A stretch of 64,000 nucleotides of DNA from Lingula anatina. Its lineage: Eukaryota; Animalia; Brachiopoda. The notes under the pieces are model-generated. The model saw only the letters and a program-made list of their open reading frames with translations. It did not search any database and was not told the DNA's origin. The first letter of the stretch is position 1. Each line of letters begins with the position of its first letter. The stretch spans positions 3,782,001-3,846,000 of the forward strand of contig CM120646.1 in the NCBI GenBank assembly GCA_051362555.1, given 5' to 3'. Below are positions 51,320-63,997 of the stretch, one piece after another. The position numbers and the translations under genes were made by a program.

Positions 51320-52456
51320 ACTGGGTTCCCATACCTAGATCGATCTAACAGGATCGATCGATCTCCTAGGGGTTTCTCGCTAAATTGCTTTCAGCTTAAG
51401 CGGCTTAGATGTCTGTCACGCCTACTGAAGCTGCTAAACGATAATTAATTACCCCCTAGCAGCTTCAGTAGGCGTGACAGACATCTAAGCCGCTTTAGTT
51501 GAAAGCAATTTAGTGAGAATCCCCTCGGAGATAGAGCCACAGTTAGTACGGTAGGGTCTGGGAATGGTCCCATAATTTACACTCACTGAAATAACTGTTA
51601 CGATGACAGTGCTCGTGGGAACAAAATAACAATTTTATCGCAAACTAAAAATCTGAAGTCTTCCCCCTAATGTGATAAGTATTGTATAATGATGTGACCT
51701 ACAAGTAACTGACGTTTGCCCTGATGTAGAAACTAGAAAGTTGTGGATTTAGACTTCTGACGTTGCATTGAAATTAGTGAAACATAAGTGGCTGCTGAAC
51801 TACTACACCTAAGGCGATCCGTGTATAAAAGGACTGCTGAGAATGTGATCTGTCTTCAAGCTTGGTATTGAAACTATAAGTAACAATTATAACAATCTAT
51901 TTTGAAACAATCTATGCTGTAACACTAGCACTTTCTCGTTACACGACTGCTTTGAACTACGCCATAGAACTTTCATCTTAGTCTTACAATGACCACCTGT
52001 AAGTGTTTGGTACTCCTTACGGAAAATAATTATCAAAACCAACTTAAACACATTGACATAAGAAAAATATTTATTTTGCTTTATCAAAAGTAAACAAACG
52101 CATATGCAATTATAAATACACACATATCAGAATGTTGAAACTGTCACACAGCCGTAGTTCAAATAATAGTGGCCCCCGTTTTAACTCATTGACAAACTCC
52201 CACATCGCGTGGTACGGTGGTTCTTATGTTGCTAGAACGATGCATTAGTACAGTTGATTCGTTTTGCATTTTTGGAATGCTTAAAAAATGTTTCAATACA
52301 GGACTTAAAAAAAGACTAAACATTCATCACGGTTGAGGCCACAACTGTGTGAAATACAGTATATAAAACAGCTATCTGGACGGCAGAAGTTTTAATTCCA
52401 TTATAAAGATATTAATTTTGTATATGAGGAATCCATCTTTCATAGCATCTGCTGAC

Positions 52457-54246
52457 TTAGAACAACTCTTCTTCTCCCTCATATTCAGTCTCTTTAAACT
52501 CATCTCCCAGCTTTCTATACCATGGTTGCCGTAGTAATCTTAACTCATGCTGGTGATTAAGCCTAGCTTTGGTTGCTATGGGGACAGACTTGGAACTAAA
52601 CACATCAATGTCCTTTTCGGTCACGTCTTTCAAACTGGTAGCATCTGTAAATGTAATACTTTCAGATACAGCCCTCAGTCTTATTATAAAATGCTTTTTC
52701 AAATATGACTGACTGTTTTACGTTGTTACTGACTCCTTAGCCATTAATGCTTTAAGATACATTTTTTTGGCATTTTATCAGTTGCCTCTCCCATCAACAA
52801 GCAAAAAATAAAAATAAAATAATAATTACACCTATTTACTGCGATTTCATACTCACTGAGAAGCAGATCACAGTCAGTTTCTATCATGGCCAAAAGGGCT
52901 TCTCTCTCTAGATGTTTCTTGCGTGTCACCCTGTTCAACATCTGGTTCCTCTGGATAAGCTCCTGGGCTTTGTTGTGGATTTCTTCTTGCTGAGCCCTTG
53001 TCTTGCATTTTGTCTGAAAATATAACATTATAGTTTCAATTTCAGACAGACAGACAGACAGTTAGGCATAAATGTATAAGCAAATAATATGCAACTGTAA
53101 TTTCCCATAAATTCCAAACATTGCATTTATATCAATAGGCAGCATTTCATTATTATTGTACTACCAGCATAAGCGCTGGGTGAACTAATATTTTCTTTTC
53201 GTTTTTGTATTTTTAATTTCCAGGTATTCATAACTTTCTGCCATCATGAAGCCATCAGTGATTACTATCATGAAGCATCATTAATCTAAGACTGATCTTA
53301 TCTTTTCTAAAACTGATCTACGTACAGGATGGTCTTCCCTCCACCTTGTAATGTGCTGTTGAATTTCCACCCTCCTCTCATCTGTCAGACCAGGAGGGCG
53401 CTGGAACGCCAGTGGCTCCCTCTTCTTTCTCTCTCTTCTTGCAGACCAATGTCTGAACTGTGGAGTAAATTAATTGAAAAGTGTTTTTCACATTTACCTA
53501 CAATTCCATTTATGCATATATTTCAGTGATCTCATTTGGTGCACTCTACCATAACATTATACTTTTTCTATTATCAATAGTTATTAAATCAGAGTATAAT
53601 CACTATTTAAGTTATACTTCCTGGCATTGACTTGACCTTACAGTGACCTTTACCTTTCTCTGTATGGCCACTGCAGCTCTGACTCTCTTCATATTTGCCT
53701 GTCTCTCTGTTAGCTGTTTTCTGGCTCTATGACCCTTCCACGATGTCTGAATCTTGAGAGCAGCGTTTTCCTGGACACTTTCCAGATACTTCTGAGACTT
53801 GGCTGTAAACACAAATCATGTTGGAACTAATTTGGTAATTTTATAATATGATAAATTTACATAGTGTCTTAATTTTTTTACTAATATTCTGAAATCTTGA
53901 TTCAAAAGTTTCGAAAAATAAGTTGGCTTTGCATAAGAAAGGGCATTTCATGAGTGTCAGAAAATGATCAAAAAAGCAAAAATATTCAGACAATGCTATT
54001 CAAAACAACATACATGGATTTTTTCTAAGCAAGTGTGTGGTACTCATACTTACTAGGTTATCCAGTTAAATGAAATGATCACTTTCATTAAAAATGCAAA
54101 TACTTACTTGTACAAACACAAACAACACACATATACCCACTTCACCTAGGCTAAAAACCCCATTTTGATTCACACACAGAAAGTTACACACGCAAACACA
54201 AATAAAACTGCACCCGTCCAAATGTGTACACATGCATGCATACTTG

Positions 54247-54277
<31 letters not shown>

Positions 54278-57200
54278 TAACACTAACCTGCTGGCATTAT
54301 AGAGAGCAGCTCCAGCTGTTTCAACCTGGATTCTCTGATGGCTTTTCTCCTCACCAATAATAACTGATGCTCCAGTTCTGACTGCAGCTGTTCATTTTCA
54401 CGTTCCTTCTGTGTCCTCTCCCGCTTTACTCTGTGAACCACAATAAATAAATAAATAAATAAATAAATAAATGAGAAGTCATCTAGAAATATCATACAAA
54501 TGAACTGCTCTTCAGGAATTGTTCTAAACAGAAGTTTTCTGCTTACCTAGTGTGCTACACTTCTTTTAATCAAATGAAAAAAAGAGTTTAAAAATTCTAA
54601 TGTACGAATTGAAAATCACCTAAAACTTCTCTGCAACTTTGCAAATGCTCTGTCTGCTTTCTTCAGTTGGTTTCTTGTCTGGAAGCTCCTCCACATGGCC
54701 TGTATAGTGGTGGCTGCTCTGTGGAGCCGCTACAATAGGCAGACACATGGTAAACATAAGAATTTGAGAGGAATAGGAAAAGATTGGTTTTCATGAGGTG
54801 TATTTATAGCTGTTCTTAATTAAAATACATGGAAATATATTTCAGTAACAAGTAATGAAATGTTTCTAGAGTGTGCTTGTGTGTGTGTGTGCACAACTAT
54901 ATGTGTGAGTGAGAGATATACATAGATTACCTCCATTTTAGCCCTATGAGCACTGCCAGACTCAAGTAAAAGGATCAACTGCTTCAGATCCTTGCCAAAA
55001 CCTTTTCCTGTCCACTTGCTAAGTAAAGGACGTAAACCTCTGAAAAATCACACAGAAACAGGTGTATATGTTACTCCATAGTCTGTGCTCATCTGAATAA
55101 TGCCTTCAGGTGTGATGTACCCCAAGTGTGCATTTTGCAATGCGCTGACAAGATTTGCTGGATTATGGAGTAACCAGCTCAAGACAGGTACAAAGCAACT
55201 GATATCTTTTTTAGACAACCCAACATTCACACTGGCAATTATGAGAAAATTTGCCTCACCAAAGGCCTTTCGACTGACTGACCGTAAATTCAATGTGATA
55301 GCCCCTAAAACTGTTGCTAGTCCCTTGGATGAACTGGAACGATTATCATTCATGACCAGTAGGGCAACCAGTTAAAGGGATAAGAACTCTTCGTATGAGG
55401 TCTATATTTCACAATAAAAACATTGTGAATAACTCATACAAATATTATATATTCTGTTTTATGACAAAAACAGCAGTTATAGCTATTATTCTGATATCTG
55501 AGCTTGTCTTCAGACTACGTGACCTCCATTGACGGCTATACTCTGTTATAATCTCTTAAGAGATTTTAACAAAAAACCAAACTTTTTAGAAAAAAAACCA
55601 AGGACTAACTTTGAATGTAAAAATCGATTCATTAAGCATTGGTAAGTATGGGAAAATTGTTGTTTACTCCAGGAAAATTCATTTTTTGGCCAAAATGAAG
55701 AGTTATTATCCCTTTAAAGTAAGTCTGCAGATTGCATGTAGTGCTGGTACGCTTTCTGTGACATTTGTATTAGGTGGTCCATGACATTGCATTAGGTGTT
55801 CAGTGACATTGTGTTAGGTGTTCAGTGACATTGCATTAGGTGTTCAGTGACATTGTGTTAGGTGTTCAGCTACATTGCATTAGGTGTTCAGTGACATTGT
55901 GTTAGGTGTTCAGTGACATTGTGTTAGTTGAGAATAGGGCACAATGAACTGACCTGTATCTGATACAAATCTGTTCCACCATTGGAGGGTTGGTATCACA
56001 AATGGTAAGGAGAATTCTGGTGGTAGCACTGGAAGACAACACAGTGGACTGGTGTTGAATATATAATTAAGGTGGACGCTTATAATTAAAAGCAGAAAAG
56101 AAAAAAAGAAAGAATAGCATTTTAAAGAACAAAATATGAATATGCATTTCATGATCATCTGAGATGACAGTAAGTCAATTATTTGTGGAAAATTCAGAAA
56201 CACATCGTTTGTAAAGTTGTATCCAATGTTCTGAGGATAAGTGAGGGAATGTGCCACTTTTCTTATTATTTTTTTGTATCAATTTGAAATTATATTTCTA
56301 TACATCTGTTTTGCTCAATGTGCCATAATATACACATACAGTAATTATAATAAAACTCCACTGCCACAACTGACCTTCCTATGTCCATGTTGGTGCTAGC
56401 TGATAACTTGTAGACTAACTCATCCAGGATACTGTTCACCAGTCTCTCACTCAACGTACTAAATACGTCTCTGCAGGAAGATAAAGGAAATCACAGCATA
56501 TAAACCAGGCTTAACACTTAGTCAATATACTAGAATATTATACACTACTGCCATAATACAATCAAGTACTTTTTATCAATGGAATTTACAGAGACTCATT
56601 TTTCTTTTGCAATAGCTATAATGCTGTTTTTAAGTTAGTATAACTGTTACTTTGAATCAAATGTCGAAAAAAACCTCAAAACTGTCAAAGCAGAGTTTAC
56701 CATGTCATATATAAATCTAACATAATTTTCAAGACAATACATTTTTCACATTTTCAAGTACTTAAACAGTGATATTGAATGTTCAACCTAGTCTCTTAAT
56801 ATTTTGCTGATAACTGTTAACATTAAGTCTATGAACACAATCACCTATTGACACGTGTGCAGTTCAAGATGAGTGTCATACAGGACAGGGCGGTGTCAAC
56901 GTCATCAGTGATCAGCAACTGTAGGAGCCACTGGGACTTCAGCACTGGAGAATAACAAAGAAGGTGGGAATGTGAACACTTAATTATTAGTAAATAGTTA
57001 AGCCCTTAATTTGGTAGTAATAAAAAATCATTCAAATCAATTACTGCTATAAAAGACATGTCACAATGTTCGATTGATAAACATTTAAAACAAGTTTACT
57101 GGTATGTATTCAGTGGAAAAAACTTCAATGTTTGGGAAAGAAACTTCATTTACTCTGTTCAGTTTATGTAAAATATGTGTGAAATTCTTATCAAGAGCTG

Positions 57201-58947
57201 AGAAATTGTAAGTTCTGACATCTGCAGAAATATAGGAGGTTATACCTTACATTCTATTAAAGCTCTTCATTAGAAGAATATCATGTCCGTTTACAGCAGG
57301 TTTAAGTTAGTGTTATTTTATTACCCATACACTCACCATTAGTGGTAAGGAAGACATGTCCACTAAACAAGTATGTCACAGCCTCCAGAACACCACGGAA
57401 ATGGTCCAACAGGTCTCTTCTCATGTTTGTCATATTCTGCCAATACACAAAGTGAAAATGTCTTATTGCTGCTATGCATGTATATACCTGTATATTCATA
57501 TGCATATTATGTGATATTTTTCTTCAAAATTCATTTGCACAAAGGTAGAAGGAATTTTCAATGCTGTGTCTGTCAATATACAAAATCAGCATTTTATACT
57601 TATACACACACACAGCATTTTTTTCTAATCTCTTTTGCATAATGATACTAGGAAGTGAAGATTAAAATGCTCTTGAAGGGAAATAGTGCATTATGGTATT
57701 TATTCATTTTTCTTTTCAGAAATACTAAGGAATGGCCTGGAATCATGTAATCAAGTCATACCTCATCTGTTTTCAGATACTTTGTCTGAATTTTTCTGCT
57801 CAACATCAGCTGGTTTTCTACAGCTTCTGGCAGCGAGAGTTGGTAAAACTCCTGGCTGTCTGGCGGATCTAATCCTGTACAGCAGTGGCTAGGATGTACA
57901 AATAATATAACTCATAACTATGTGGGTATCATAATCAGATAATGAACAATTAAAAACAATGATGTCTTGGGTAAATTGCCTGCATACAGCATGACCCCAC
58001 TGCAGCAGCTGTTTTTGTCGCAAATCTTACTAAATTTAATAAAGTTTTAGTAAACTTTTTTACATAATTTTATGAAACTTTGAATCTGATAATATTTCTT
58101 AAAAATTGAAAATTTGATCCAAAGATCAGTCACTTAATTTCTTTTAAATCACTAACTAGTATATACCGGTATAAATCTTGTTTTTATAATTCAGCATCCA
58201 AAAGACTATTTTCGAAAGTTACCCTCCCCACCCACCCACCCCTCCTAGCAAATTTTATCAATGCCTACTTATATTCTGTTAACTATTTATGTTAACTAAA
58301 AGTGCCAAGTTAACATGCAGTGGATAGCCTCAGCATTCCAGACAGCTGGACAACCCCCCCCCACCACCACCACCACCACCACCACCACCACTGTACAAAC
58401 TCCATGAAGGTCAATACATTCAGAATAGTATGTAAAATACATGAGCTCTATACAGTTTGTGTACCTCAGCAGATTAGCCAGCTTGGTAGCTGTCCCCCAG
58501 CCCCCTCGCACTCTGTCAAAGTCCTGCTTAAGGACCAGAATGAGCACCTGTAGCAAGTCATAGGTCCAAATCTCATTCTTGATCCTGGTGGCTTCCTTGC
58601 TGCCTACAGGGACACTGTCTACAATCTCTGAAATAGTATACACATCATAATTTGACACACTGCTCTTTCCTCAACTACTTGATACACAGTTTATTGACCG
58701 GGGTACAGGATTGGGGGGGGGCTTTTCTAGGGTTTTAAGTACATATCAAACTAGTAGCGTTAAAGAAATAAATGAGATTTGAAGGCGACCAAGGCAAACA
58801 TGAACGTACATGTATTACTTATTTTTTGACATCTTTACCTTGTAAATCTAAGAGTAAAATTGGCACAGTTCTGTCTTTTGTTTCCGCTACTTCCGCAGCC
58901 AAGGTCAGCACCCGCCTGTCCTTACTACCCTTCCCTGTAGCTGTCAT
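52457..58947 (-). CDS. IQCB1: IQ calmodulin-binding motif protein 1 (nephrocystin-5), 14 coding exons, 585 aa
   Basis: Exons 58947-58839, 58627-58465, 57888-57762, 57436-57337, 56944-56845, 56470-56375, 56028-55954, 55039-54931, 54729-54620, 54430-54288, 53802-53654, 53457-53326, 53013-52857, 52644-52457 total 1758 nt in frame. RVLTLAAEVAE, YDLLQVLILVLKQDFDRVRGGW, SHCCTGL, IQ motifs IQAMWRSFQTR and IQTSWKGHRAR, and C-terminal QPWYRKLGDE match vertebrate IQCB1 as recalled. Confidence 0.93.
55782..55927. repeat. 22-bp minisatellite, about 6.5 copies, IQCB1 intron 7
   Basis: TGACATTGYRTTAGGTGTTCAG units, alternating GCA/GTG variants. Confidence 0.9.
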
Positions 58948-59162
58948 TTCTAGGGGGAAATATCTGCAAAAACATCACAGATACTTCAAACTCAAATGTT
59001 TCATATCAACCCGCCATTTTGGTTATCGACAAGAAGTGAACTTCCGCCCTATTTCTAGTTCTATTTTTAGATTATCACATGTACAGAATCCCCAATAAGC
59101 ACAATTCAGCCAATCAGATCATTGCGTTCACATGATTTTCAAACCCAAAATGGCTGCCTCCA
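58948..59162. promoter_or_regulatory. Compact bidirectional promoter between IQCB1 and SLC25A12/13
   Basis: Divergent ATGs about 200 bp apart; YY1-type motifs in opposite orientation (CCGCCATTTTG ~59011; CAAAATGGCTGCC ~59146); ETS-like ACTTCCG ~59040; CCAATCAG ~59110. Confidence 0.7.
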
Positions 59163-62100
59163 GGGTTCGAGATGTGAGTACACAGCAATAAATCAGATAA
59201 TTATCACTGGAATATTGAAACAATCTTTCTTTGCTTGCAGCGTTCTTTCAGACTTGTATTGATACACCTCTCCTTTAATTTTCAGGGTGAGCCATTGAGT
59301 ATGGTGTCCAAAATCTGGCCCAACAAGTTTAAGGCACAGTGTGAATCGAGATCGGAACCTACTTCGGTTTGTGATTGCGTCGACCTTGTTTATAAAACGT
59401 GGCCTTATTTTCTCACATGTGTGGCCTACAAATGTCTCAGTATCATTAGTTTGAAATTTCCCTGGTATATTTGTTGAAAGATTTTCTTTTCCTCTTGTTT
59501 GCAATTGCTTTTAAACAAATTCAGTTTTATAAAATTTAATGTTATGTAATTTAAGTTAATTAGTGCCAACGTAACAGTAGAAAATAATTGAGCTTGTGAG
59601 ATCCTTGGTCTTTGCCATGGGACTGTTAGATTAATACGGGACTCTATAATCAGACTAGTATAGCAATAGGACTTGTCTTGTTTTGAGAAAAAATAACCTT
59701 TAATTTTCAAAACACAAAGATGTCTTAGCTTGATGATTTAGTACAGTATGTGATATGGGAGTGTCTTAAATAATTTAGTTCTTTGGAAGGGTTTAGCTTG
59801 CAAGCCATCCGGCCATCATTTGGACAGCCACTTTAATAGAGGATGGCCAAATTTCAGACTGTAAGGCTTATTAGAACTGTTATGGCTATAAGTACTGATG
59901 GGTTTTTATAATCAATTTATGCCATGTGCTTAATGTGTGCATTTATTTCATGACTTACTATAGGTATGATTTCTTAGTTATGATCGGTTGATACTTACAG
60001 ACACAATGGATCAAAAGAGCTGACACAGAAAGACTGAGAGAAATTTTTATGAAGGTCAGTAATTTTTTTCAAAGCTATGACCAGAGATGAAAACATTAAA
60101 ACATGCATGCTTGCAAGTACACACACACATACTCACTGTATCAGGACAATTTGTTTTAATTTTTTTTAATGAAAGTAATTTGAAGGGCTAATTTTTCTGT
60201 GTGTTATTGTTTCTGTTTGACATTTTATTTATTTGTTTGTTTGTTTGTTTGTTTGTTTGTTTGTTTGTTTGTTTATTTGTTTGTTTGTCTACTTAGTTCT
60301 GTGAAATATCCTCCTGGCATGATAATAATTTTTTTTTAAATATTTTCCATTATTATGCCTTCCAGTATGCCAGTGTGGAAGTCAAAGGAGAGAAGTACAT
60401 GTCGTACAGTGATTTCATCAGGAAATACCTGGGCATGTTACCAGAAGAGAACCACAATGAAGAAACCTTGAGATTACTGGGCAATGTCGTGGACACAACC
60501 AAGGATGGGTAGGTCATGGTCTAGAGGCAGTTTTTTTCCCCCTCATACTTCTGTTGATTGTGAACTGATATTATATTTCATCATAAATGGTTATTGGTTT
60601 GTGCAGTTGTTATAAGTTTTAATTTAAAGTATTTTCTGGTAGTGTTAATTTTCACTTTATTTATTATTTTTAGTGTTCAGTTAAAGCTTTTAATGGTACA
60701 AATTGAAGAGCACCTTAATGTAGTTGTGTTGATTACTAGTGCTACAGTTATTTTATTGGTTTTATATTTTATAAAGTTATTTGGGGATTTGATTTTGGCT
60801 AGTCAGTATTAAATATTTGGGCTAGGTCTTAGAAAAATGGGTTTCCAGACAATAGATAATTACTGTACAAAAAGTTTTTTACTGGCCTGCTTTTTTATTT
60901 AGACAATGTTTGAAATAACCTCTTGCCTCCTTCATGTTGATTACGAGCACAATGGCCTGGATGACCAGACTTTGGTCAAAATCTCACTTTTTAAACTGTA
61001 ACTTCAGTTAGATATGTGGCTGATTGTTATTGTTTTCTTATACACATAAATGTAAATTTTTTCATTATTTTGAAGTTTATGCCCTTAATCTGTATAGCAA
61101 AGTCAGCTGCAAATGTTTTAATTTCTGCCTTGAATGGTCTTTGTTGGAAATGGAAAGTCTTACTGATAATTTCTAAACTTTCTTCTTTGATTTCAGTTTT
61201 ACGAATTATGTCTGTATGTTTGATATATTTTTTTCTTGAATGGCACACATTTTTGTATCATTGGTGCAGTTTCAAATTTCAGTCACAGAAGAACTTTTTT
61301 TTCCATTTTTTATTTTCATTATTTTTTGCTACAATTTGAAAGTTTCCATCTTTCTCCATTAATGTTTTGGCATTTTCAGCTTTCAGTCCAAAGGTTCTTG
61401 TGCATTTATAGCTTTGGAAATAAAATAAATCTGCTCATCCCACCTCAGGTATATCTCCTTCACCGAGTTCTCAGCCTTTGAGTCGTTGCTTTGTTCTGCT
61501 GACTCTATGTATGCCATCGCCTTCCAAATGTTTGATACCAATGGTTCTGGTGAGGTAACATATGGTAGGTGGTCCTCTCATTGTGTTAGGTGTGACAGCC
61601 TTCAGCTTGATTGTGTTGGTTGTGACACTGTGGCCCATTGTGTTAGGTGTGACAGCCTACACCTTGATTGTGTTGGTTGTGACAACATGGCCCATTGTGT
61701 TAGATGTGCTAGTCTGCAGCATTGGTGTGTTAGCTGTTACAGCAGGCTGTCAGCATAGATTGTTATGACCAGTTATAACTGGGACATAACTCAGTTTGAT
61801 TGTGACTGCTTAGAGCATGTTGTTGTGTCTTTGGTCCAGGTGGATGTGATAGAAGTGATATCATATCTTCCATTGTGGTCATTAAGACGATCTGTGCTTT
61901 TATCGCTTAATTTCTCAGTCTTGTTGACTGTTACAACAGCCTGTCAATTATTGTTTGGGATGTGTTGGCAATAAATGCATCACTTTTATTGTTCTCTACA
62001 CATTTTTGGCATGTTTTACCATACATGGGATTTTCAAAGTTCATCATCATAGTTATTGGTCTTGCAGCTTGCCAGGGTTTGATTGCATGATTTGTTTCAT

Positions 62101-63511
62101 TCACTGAGAGTTTCTGCAGATCTATATTTTTGGAAAGAGACCCCTATACCGAAGGTGTACTTTCTCTTAAGAGACCCAATTTCATGATCTGATCCGATGT
62201 TTATCTGAAGATGCGAGGTTACTCTCTGATCTTGCATATGGCTGTGTGAAGTGACATCAGAATAAGATTTAACAGGAAGCACATTTTCTGCCCTTTCCAC
62301 CCCAGGATACACCAGTGACCACAATTGTGAAAAAAAAAACTTGTTCTTATATTTTACGTTACTTTATGTTATATCTATTTATTCTTTATTTCTTTGTATC
62401 TCTTTTTTTAATAAATGAAACTGTTGAACCTAACCCATCATTTTTTGAGTGAAGTCCTCTTCTTTTTCAGATATGATCACAGTTTAAGCCAAGTATTAAA
62501 TATAAGAAAAACTAGTTGCAGTTTAATTTTTGTCACTGTTAACAGTGCCTTATACACAGCAAAACATACATGGTCTGTTGAATACTATTGTTTACTGTCA
62601 GTGGTAGAAGAGAGGTCTCCATGGCAACAGTGAAGGAAAAACTTTGAAGGCGCTAGATCAGTGTCCTTTAGGCACGATATTATACATACAAATGCATGTT
62701 CTCTGTATAAACAGTGTCAGCCAGGTTTATCACTGAACAAAACTCCTCTATTTTCTTACTTAGCCAGTCAATCAGATGTTTATAGATCATTGCAGCTTTG
62801 TTGACACATGTTACGTAGAGGTTGAAAGCTTTAATGAAGTTGGCGTTACTGTATTGATGTCTGCAATCTGACTGTGGTAGCAACTGCATGCTTTGTTTTT
62901 CCTCCCTCCCTATTAGGAAGATTTCCTTCACGGAGTTCCAAGCATTTGAAGCTCTTCTCTCACTGCCTGATGCCATGTACGAGCTTGCTTTTCAATTGTT
63001 TGACACCAATGGTACAGGGGCTGTGTCGTATGGTAAGTGAGCATTTAGGGAAAGGGGAGTGTATTGTTGGTTTACACTACAACAATGAACAAGATTTTGA
63101 TCATAATGTACACCCAAGTGTCTTATAAAATTCACTGTCAACTTTCCGTTCAAAATGATACATGTACTGTTCTATATGTTGTTATTTTTGGTAATCCAGG
63201 CAAAGTTTCTTTTCTGTCTCTTGCATAGTAAGAGCCTTCATACATTGAACAGTTGTGTAGTATGCTTTTCACAATTGTTTTATATAATATTATTTTAAGC
63301 ATGGCATGTTTAAATGGTTAATGAATGTAAATTATATAATAATCTGCCACAAAACTTAATTTAAATGTGCATTTTGACATGGCTGGCTTACCCTTATTTG
63401 AAATATCCTTTTATTGCTAGTTTTGATCATCTTACTAGTAACCTACTAGTCAGATTACATAAAATAATTTAGTTAAAGGTAAATGCTTTGAAGTGTGCAG
63501 AATCAGTTGAT

Positions 63512-63546
<35 letters not shown>

Positions 63547-63997
63547 TTTTGTTAATTAGAAGGAATAAGTTAATCAGAAGGCAACAGCAGATCAGGCATA
63601 CTGTCTTTAAAAGCTGAGATTCTAAAGTTGTATCTTTATTATTATTATTTGTAGCTTTAAGTACACTTTATTTGATTTTTAGTTCAGAAGTAGACACTTA
63701 ACAAGAAATTTTCTGCTTTTCAGTATGTAACTCTTGTTTTGTTTAGAAATTAACCCTAGTAAGTGAATTCATATAAGAGGCTAACTCTTTGATCTATTCA
63801 ACTCAGATTTTATTCCATGATAACTTGATATCAGATGCTATGTATTTCTCTTCACAGACGAGTTTGAACAGGTCCTGAGCCATACTACACTTCATCAGTA
63901 TATTCCCTTTGACTTTAAGACAGACTTTGTCAACTTGCACTTTGGCAGGGACAAGAGGAGGGAAGTGAGCTATGCAGAGTTTACCCAGATTTTACAT
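59150..63997 (+). CDS. SLC25A12: Calcium-binding mitochondrial aspartate/glutamate carrier (aralar/citrin, SLC25A12/13 homologue), 5' exons; continues beyond the window
   Basis: Exons 59150-59173, 59286-59366, 60001-60054, 60366-60508, alternative 61449-61564 or 62917-63032, then 63858-63997. [37 protein letters not shown]...[22 protein letters not shown]...AFQxFDTNG...[20 protein letters not shown] is the aralar EF-hand domain. The first two exons are less certain. Confidence 0.9.
61579..61735. repeat. 57-bp tandem repeat, about 2.7 copies, just after aralar exon 5A
   Basis: CATTGTGTTAG recurs at 61579, 61636 and 61693; source of the CVRCDSL and IVLGVTA ORFs. Confidence 0.8.

Noticed and set aside
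51887-52123. Extra terminal exon of IQCB1
   Set aside because: IQCB1 already terminates at 52457 with a C-terminus like the vertebrate protein; this segment is downstream DNA.
414-63128. Most short ORFs in the six-frame track, including repeated ones such as [36 protein letters not shown] and [10 protein letters not shown]
   Set aside because: They are antisense or off-frame readings of TTLL exons, microsatellites or duplicated introns; they recur only because the unit is duplicated.
52457-63997. Functional cluster linking the TTLL array to the glutamate carrier or to ciliary IQCB1
   Set aside because: Adjacency in an animal genome is not evidence of shared function, and the signal peptides argue against a ciliary tubulin role.
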